A stretch of DNA of 64,000 bases from Alphaproteobacteria bacterium (lineage in GTDB: Bacteria > Pseudomonadota > Alphaproteobacteria > JASGCL01): assembly GCA_965203915.1 (NCBI GenBank), contig OZ241918.1:24639-88638 (forward strand). The letters run 5' to 3'. The notes beneath the pieces are model-generated. The model worked only from the letters and a program-made list of their open reading frames with translations, had not been told where the DNA came from and did no database searches. Positions within the stretch are counted from its first letter, which is position 1; every line of letters starts with the position of its first letter. Below, piece by piece: positions 59,429 to 64,000 of this stretch. The translations under genes and the position numbers were made by a program.

Positions 59429-59670
59429 ATCTCGACATCGTTGAGGGTTAAAAGGAACATCGAGCTAGCTTCGGTTATAAAAACTCGGACGCTGTTTGCA
59501 AACACTCGCCCTTAACTTGGTCTAAGCCCGTCCTGGGAATGGTTCCCCGATATTTTTTACAAATTTATTTATAATAATATTGCTGATGCAATATGATTAT
59601 ATCAGGTTAAAAAATTCGAGGATGACGGGTAGAGAGTAAAAAAAGCTTGTTATAAAAAAAATACCACCAG

Positions 59671-59758
59671 AGCCCCCATTGCTTTAGCAAGGGGGGACGG
59701 AAAATGAAGGAGTGAGCAAAGCGAACGACTATCATTTTCCCAGGGGGGTTCGCAAAAC
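59671..59758 (+). repeat. GAAAATGAAGGAG palindromic element, 88-bp copy B
   Basis: Identical by eye to 59341-59428, 330 bp downstream in direct orientation. Confidence 0.9.
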
Positions 59759-59803
59759 TCCTCTCTCTATTCTTATAACTTCTCTAATAAAAAAATCACG
59801 CTG

Positions 59804-59833
59804 GCGAACCCCCCTTGCTAAAGCAAGGGGGGC
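59804..59833. repeat. palindromic fragment GCGAACCCCCCTTGCTAAAGCAAGGGGGGC
   Basis: Self-complementary CCCCCCTTGC-TAAA-GCAAGGGGGG. It joins, in inverted form, the two ends (GGGGGGTTCGC and the TTGCTTTAGCAAGGGGGG hairpin) of the 88-bp copies. Confidence 0.7.
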
Positions 59834-59934
59834 TTCTACCCCGCCATTATATTTTTGCCGAACGCAAGTTTGAACGGTCTCTACTAGACGTTGCACGCCA
59901 CGACTTATTAAGGTTTGCAATCTGAAAAAACTTT

Positions 59935-59976
59935 TAATCAAGAAGCTGAAAAGCCTGGTTCTAGGCGAAGCCTAGC
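59935..59976 (-). repeat. hairpin-AACC dispersed repeat, copy on the minus strand
   Basis: The reverse complement reads GCTAGGCTTCGCCTAGAACCAGGCTTTTCAGCTTCTTGATT, matching copy 1 at 9243. Confidence 0.8.
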
Positions 59977-60150
59977 AAACAAATTGGTCTTGCTTTTTTT
60001 TAAAAAAACTCTTAAGTGTGGCGTGAAGGAAAGGGCGGTTTTTTTCAACCCAACAATTAATTTATTATTTGCTTGTGGTTGAATCGGAATAGAACTGCCC
60101 TTTTCTTTATATTATCATTGTTGTTATCAAATATTATTTTAGGACGCACC

Positions 60151-61827
60151 ATGGCCACCGTTCCCAGCGATATTGAAATTGCCCGCGCGGCGAAAATGAA
60201 ACCCATCGTTGATGTGGCGAAGTCTTTGGCCATCCCCGATGAAGCCATCAACCCCTATGGCCGCACCAAGGCAAAAATTGACCGCCAGTTTTTAGACAAA
60301 TTACCCAACAAAAAAAGCAAATTAATATTGGTTACCGCCATTTCCCCCACCCCCGCGGGTGAAGGGAAAACGACAACCTCGGTCGGGTTGCATGACGCCC
60401 TATGCCGTATTGGCAAAAAATCTATCGTTGCGTTGCGCGAACCATCGCTTGGCCCATGTTTCGGGGTTAAGGGCGGGGCGGCGGGCGGCGGCTATGCCCA
60501 GGTTGTCCCGATGGAGGATATCAACCTCCACTTCACGGGTGATTTTCACGCCATTACTTCGGCGCATAATCTGTTGTCGGCCTTGATTGATAACCATATT
60601 TATTGGGGCAACAAACTTCGTATCGATAGTCGCCGCGTTTCTTGGCGTCGCGTGCTCGACATGAATGATCGTGCTTTGCGCCAAACCATCATCAGCCTGG
60701 GCGGCGCCAACAATGGCTACCCCCGCGAAAGTGGTTTCGACATCACGGTGGCATCAGAAGTGATGGCGATATTTTGTTTGGCAACCTCGCTCGAGGATTT
60801 GCAAAAACGCTTGGGCGAAATTGTCATTGCCCAAAATATGGATAAAGAACCCGTGCGCGCCCGCGATTTAAAGGCGGAAGGGCCCATGACGGTGTTGTTA
60901 AAGGATGCCTTCTCACCCAATTTGGTGCAGACCCTGGAAAATAATCCCGCCATGATCCATGGTGGGCCATTCGCCAACATTGCCCATGGTTGCAACAGCG
61001 TTTCCGCCACCACCGCGGCATTAAAATTGGCCGATTATGTGGTGACCGAGGCTGGTTTTGGTGCCGACCTTGGTGCTGAAAAATTCTTTGATATCAAATG
61101 TCGCAAGGCTGGGTTAAGCCCCGCCGCGGTTGTGGTGGTTGCCACGGTGCGCGCGTTGAAAATGCACGGCGGCGTCGCCAAGCCCGATCTGGGTAAGGAA
61201 GATGTGGCGGCGTTGGAACGCGGCCTGGCCAATTTGGAACGGCATTTACAAAACCTTGGTAAATTTGGCGTGCCCGCGGTGGTTGCCATCAACCGTTTTC
61301 ACCAAGATACCGAAAAGGAATTACAAGCCATCCAAGCCTTCACCCAAAAAATGGGCGTTAGTGCTTTCCCCTGCACCCATTGGGGCGAGGGGAGCAAGGG
61401 CACCGAAGCCCTGGCCAAAAAAGTGGTGGAGATAGCCGAAAGCAACATGGCACAATTTAGGCCGCTTTACCCCGACAACATGTCGTTGTTTAACAAAATC
61501 ACCACCATCGCCCGCGAAATTTATCGCGCCGATGAAGTTCAGGCCGACAGCGCGGTGCGGCAAAAATTAAAAACCTGGGAAGAACAGGGTTTTGGTCATT
61601 TGCCGATTTGCATGGCAAAGACCCAATATAGTTTTTCGACCGACCCAAAATTAATGGGCGCGCCGTTGAACCACACCGTGCCCGTGCGCGAAGTAAGGTT
61701 GGCGGCGGGGGCGGGATTCATTGTTGCCATTTGCGGCGATATCATGACCATGCCAGGGTTGCCATCGGTGCCATCGGCGGAAAAAATTCAACTCAATAAA
61801 GCAGGCGAAGTCGAAGGATTGTTTTAA
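60151..61827 (+). CDS. fhs: formate-tetrahydrofolate ligase
   Basis: [53 protein letters not shown]. The start is set at ATG 60151 rather than the upstream 60073. Confidence 0.95.
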   Translation: MATVPSDIEIARAAKMKPIVDVAKSLAIPDEAINPYGRTKAKIDRQFLDKLPNKKSKLILVTAISPTPAGEGKTTTSVGLHDALCRIGKKSIVALREPSLGPCFGVKGGAAGGGYAQVVPMEDINLHFTGDFHAITSAHNLLSALIDNHIYWGNKLRIDSRRVSWRRVLDMNDRALRQTIISLGGANNGYPRESGFDITVASEVMAIFCLATSLEDLQKRLGEIVIAQNMDKEPVRARDLKAEGPMTVLLKDAFSPNLVQTLENNPAMIHGGPFANIAHGCNSVSATTAALKLADYVVTEAGFGADLGAEKFFDIKCRKAGLSPAAVVVVATVRALKMHGGVAKPDLGKEDVAALERGLANLERHLQNLGKFGVPAVVAINRFHQDTEKELQAIQAFTQKMGVSAFPCTHWGEGSKGTEALAKKVVEIAESNMAQFRPLYPDNMSLFNKITTIAREIYRADEVQADSAVRQKLKTWEEQGFGHLPICMAKTQYSFSTDPKLMGAPLNHTVPVREVRLAAGAGFIVAICGDIMTMPGLPSVPSAEKIQLNKAGEVEGLF

Positions 61828-61868
61828 TTGTTGCCAAGGAAAATAACAACAAGACAAGGCAGGGAATC

Positions 61869-62240
61869 ATGATAATTGATCACATTGGTATCGCCATCAA
61901 CGAACATAAGTAAAGCAAAGATTTTTATACCAAAGCCCTGTCGTCGCTCGGCATCGACTTGATTACTGAATTTGAAGGTTGGTTGGGTTTTGGCAAAAAT
62001 GGCAAGGCTGAACTGTGGATGAAACAGACCGATAAAGCAATAACCCCCATTCACATTGCCTTGGTGGCGACAACCCGTGCTGAAGTTGATGGATTCTATA
62101 AATCCGCCCTCGCCGCGGGTGGCAAAGACAATGGCGCCCCAGGTTTACGCCCCGAATATCACGAACATTATTACGGCGCGTTTGTCATCGACCCCAATGG
62201 CCATAATATCGAAGCCGTTTGTCACAAGCCGCTATCATAA
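61869..62240 (+). pseudogene. glyoxalase/VOC-family gene interrupted by one in-frame TAA
   Basis: ATG 61869 gives MIIDHIGIAINEHK, then TAA (61911-61913). The same frame continues SKDFYTKALSSLGIDLITEFEGWLGFGK...HIALVA...YYGAFVIDPNGHNIEAV, a complete VOC fold apart from the stop. Confidence 0.7.
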
Positions 62241-62370
62241 TTTTATTACTGGTTGTTTATTTTTTTAAGCAGTGATTGTTGCTATTGCCTAGGCCCCGCA
62301 TCTCCATGCGTTATTTATATTATAAAATTTATCAATTGCCAAAATAATTTTTTATGATAAAGCTGATACC

Positions 62371-63669
62371 ATGAGTGGTAAAACAATTGCTTTCTTTCCT
62401 GAGGCTGCCTTTGGCCCCGCCCTTAATTCGGTGGGCATTGCCCAGGCCGTGGAAAAATTGGGGCATCGCGCCGTTTTTTTGTGCGACCCTGGCTTCACGG
62501 GGGTTTTTAAAAATTATAATTTTGCCGAATATCATGTTCCCATGTCGGAACCCATGCCCGCCGAAGAAATGGCAAAATATTGGGTCGATTTTATCAATGG
62601 CCATATTCCCAATTTTCGCAAATCGCCCTACGACCAAATTGATAATTATGTCAAAGACTGCTGGGCCGCCATTGTTTCCACCGCAACATGGGCGCAAAAA
62701 TCATTGCCAAAAATTTTGCTGGAAATAAAACCCGACATGATATGCGTCGACAATGTTATTTTATTCCCCGCCATCAAACATTACAGCCAGCAACATGATA
62801 AACCGTGGGTGCGAATCATATCCTGTTCCGAAAATGAAATCCCCGACCCCATGATCCCGCCCCATTTATCGGGTTGCAGCGAACATGACAAAGCGGGTTT
62901 CAAAAAATTTGAAGACCATTTTAACCAAGTGATGAAACCCATCCACGATGATTTTAACAAGTTTTTACAAAACCATGGCGAGCCACCCTACCCCGTGGGG
63001 CAATTTTTTGAAGCCTCGCCCTACCTCAACCTGCTGCTTTATCCGACCGCGGTAAAATTCAACAGGCAAAACCCGCTGGATAGTAAGCGATTCCAATATT
63101 TGGAAGGTTGCGTCAGAAAAGAAGCCGATTATCAATTGCCTGTATTCAGCAAAAATCAAGACAAACCCCAAGAAAAGCCATTGCTTTATATTTCTTTTGG
63201 TTCGCTGGGCGCGGGCGACACGGCTTTGCTCCAACGGCTGATAACATTGATGGGGCAGTTGCCTTATCGTGCCCTGGTCAATGTGGGGGATTACATCGAC
63301 CAATATCAAAATATACCCGCCAATGTTCATGTGGCGAAATGGTTCCCCCAACCGTCGGTCATTCCCCAGGTTGATGGTGTCATCCACCATGGTGGCAACA
63401 ATTCCTTCACCGAATGTCTTTATTTCGGTAAGCCCGCCATTATTTTGCCCTATGTTTGGGATGGGCATGACAACGCCACCCGCGTTGCCGAAACTGGTCA
63501 TGGCTTAACCCTGCATCGCTATGATTGGACCGAACAGCAAATGACCTCGGCCATTGCCACCATGCTGACCGACAAAACAATCGCCGCCAACCTGGCCAAA
63601 ACTTCGCGCATGATGCAAGCCAACCCTGGGCCAGAAAAGGCCGCGGCCTTGCTTGCACAATTATTATAA
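62371..63669 (+). CDS. GT1-family UDP-glycosyltransferase (MGT/UGT-like)
   Basis: The GT-B N-terminus FFPEAAFGPALNSVGIAQAVEKLGH and the C-terminal donor-binding motif VIHHGGNNSFTECLYFGKPAIILPYVWDGHDNA. Confidence 0.8.
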   Translation: MSGKTIAFFPEAAFGPALNSVGIAQAVEKLGHRAVFLCDPGFTGVFKNYNFAEYHVPMSEPMPAEEMAKYWVDFINGHIPNFRKSPYDQIDNYVKDCWAAIVSTATWAQKSLPKILLEIKPDMICVDNVILFPAIKHYSQQHDKPWVRIISCSENEIPDPMIPPHLSGCSEHDKAGFKKFEDHFNQVMKPIHDDFNKFLQNHGEPPYPVGQFFEASPYLNLLLYPTAVKFNRQNPLDSKRFQYLEGCVRKEADYQLPVFSKNQDKPQEKPLLYISFGSLGAGDTALLQRLITLMGQLPYRALVNVGDYIDQYQNIPANVHVAKWFPQPSVIPQVDGVIHHGGNNSFTECLYFGKPAIILPYVWDGHDNATRVAETGHGLTLHRYDWTEQQMTSAIATMLTDKTIAANLAKTSRMMQANPGPEKAAALLAQLL

Positions 63670-63722
63670 ATTCATTTTTTAACCATCGCTTCACGGCATC
63701 ACGCCCTTACCTATCGCCCTTC

Positions 63723-64000
63723 ATGACCAATTTGCTTTCCACCGCGCCGCATATTCATCATGCTGCTGAATATAATGACTTGGTTGATTGGGGCGCGCAA
63801 CCGAATGCCCTGCCCCATGCTGGCGGGCTTGCTTCACATTCTTATGGTCGCCTGTTATGGAAAACCCCCGTCAGCCGCCCCGAGGTTGGTTTGTGGCATT
63901 GCACGCCAGGGCGTTGGCGTCTTAGCGTGCCGCGCAACGAATTTTTATGGGTGATGGGCGGCAAAGCCACTTACAAAAAAGATAAAACCAACGGCGATAT
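63723..64000 (+). CDS. cupin (DUF861-like) domain protein, 3'-truncated by the window end
   Basis: My own translation from ATG 63723 stays open to the window end: ...EVGLWHCTPGRWRLSVPRNEFLWVMGGKATY, the cupin_3 pattern (G.W.C.PG.....dE...vl.G). Confidence 0.5.
   Translation, partial: MTNLLSTAPHIHHAAEYNDLVDWGAQPNALPHAGGLASHSYGRLLWKTPVSRPEVGLWHCTPGRWRLSVPRNEFLWVMGGKATYKKDKTNGD

Noticed and set aside
59267-60150. ZTP (pfl) or THF riboswitch upstream of fhs, a common arrangement.
   Set aside because: I looked for the conserved GGGUCGUGAC ... CCGCCUGGGCA pattern. Only a weak CGTCCTGGGAA lies about 600 nt upstream, with no matching 5' sub-domain. The spacer is dominated by repeat elements.

Overview
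The window reads as chromosomal DNA from an alphaproteobacterium. The evidence is a CcrM-type GANTC methyltransferase with its characteristic C-terminal domain, an alpha-type SspB, an NDUFS4-like protein and the leuS-lptE-holA arrangement. GC content is moderate, with AT-rich intergenic DNA. Most of the 64 kb is housekeeping: murI, rnhB, tldD, nrdB, ccrM, queA-tgt-yhhQ, leuD/leuB, folE, hisI, ilvC, ilvD, sspB, fumA, dapF, cimA, holA-lptE-leuS, rluD, coaD, gyrA, fhs and two tRNAs. I found no rRNA, CRISPR array, transposase or integrase.

Several small, clearly AT-richer islets interrupt this backbone:
- **TIR operon (30.8-32.3 kb):** a compact three-gene minus-strand operon whose last gene encodes a winged-helix-like N-terminus fused to a TIR-like domain. 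It is preceded by two small proteins, each a predicted helix plus a basic C-terminal half. I could not match this combination to any named TIR system, and it is my best candidate for an undescribed defence or toxin module. A paralogue of its first gene sits alone next to ccrM, behind a perfect 14-bp palindrome.
- **Panacea pair (52.2-53.2 kb):** a DUF4065 antitoxin-like gene translationally coupled to an unknown 131-aa partner, behind a consensus promoter that predicts a leaderless mRNA.
- **NERD gene:** a NERD-domain gene wedged between leuD and leuB.
- **Pentapeptide-repeat-like gene:** a membrane-anchored protein next to a cluster of palindromic repeats.

Two dispersed repeat families occur throughout:
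- **Hairpin-AACC element:** it brackets the TIR island, flanks a 1.1-kb ORF-less G-motif-rich segment, and supplies the stop codons of three genes.
- **GAAAATGAAGGAG palindromic element:** it includes two identical 88-bp copies.

Other notable points are a VOC-family pseudogene with one in-frame TAA, tandem GT2 paralogues, a fused APH-like kinase/class-III aminotransferase, and an operon of two CrtI-like flavoproteins plus a GcvT-like protein.

All calls come from reading the ORF translations and the DNA by eye. No database search was run.
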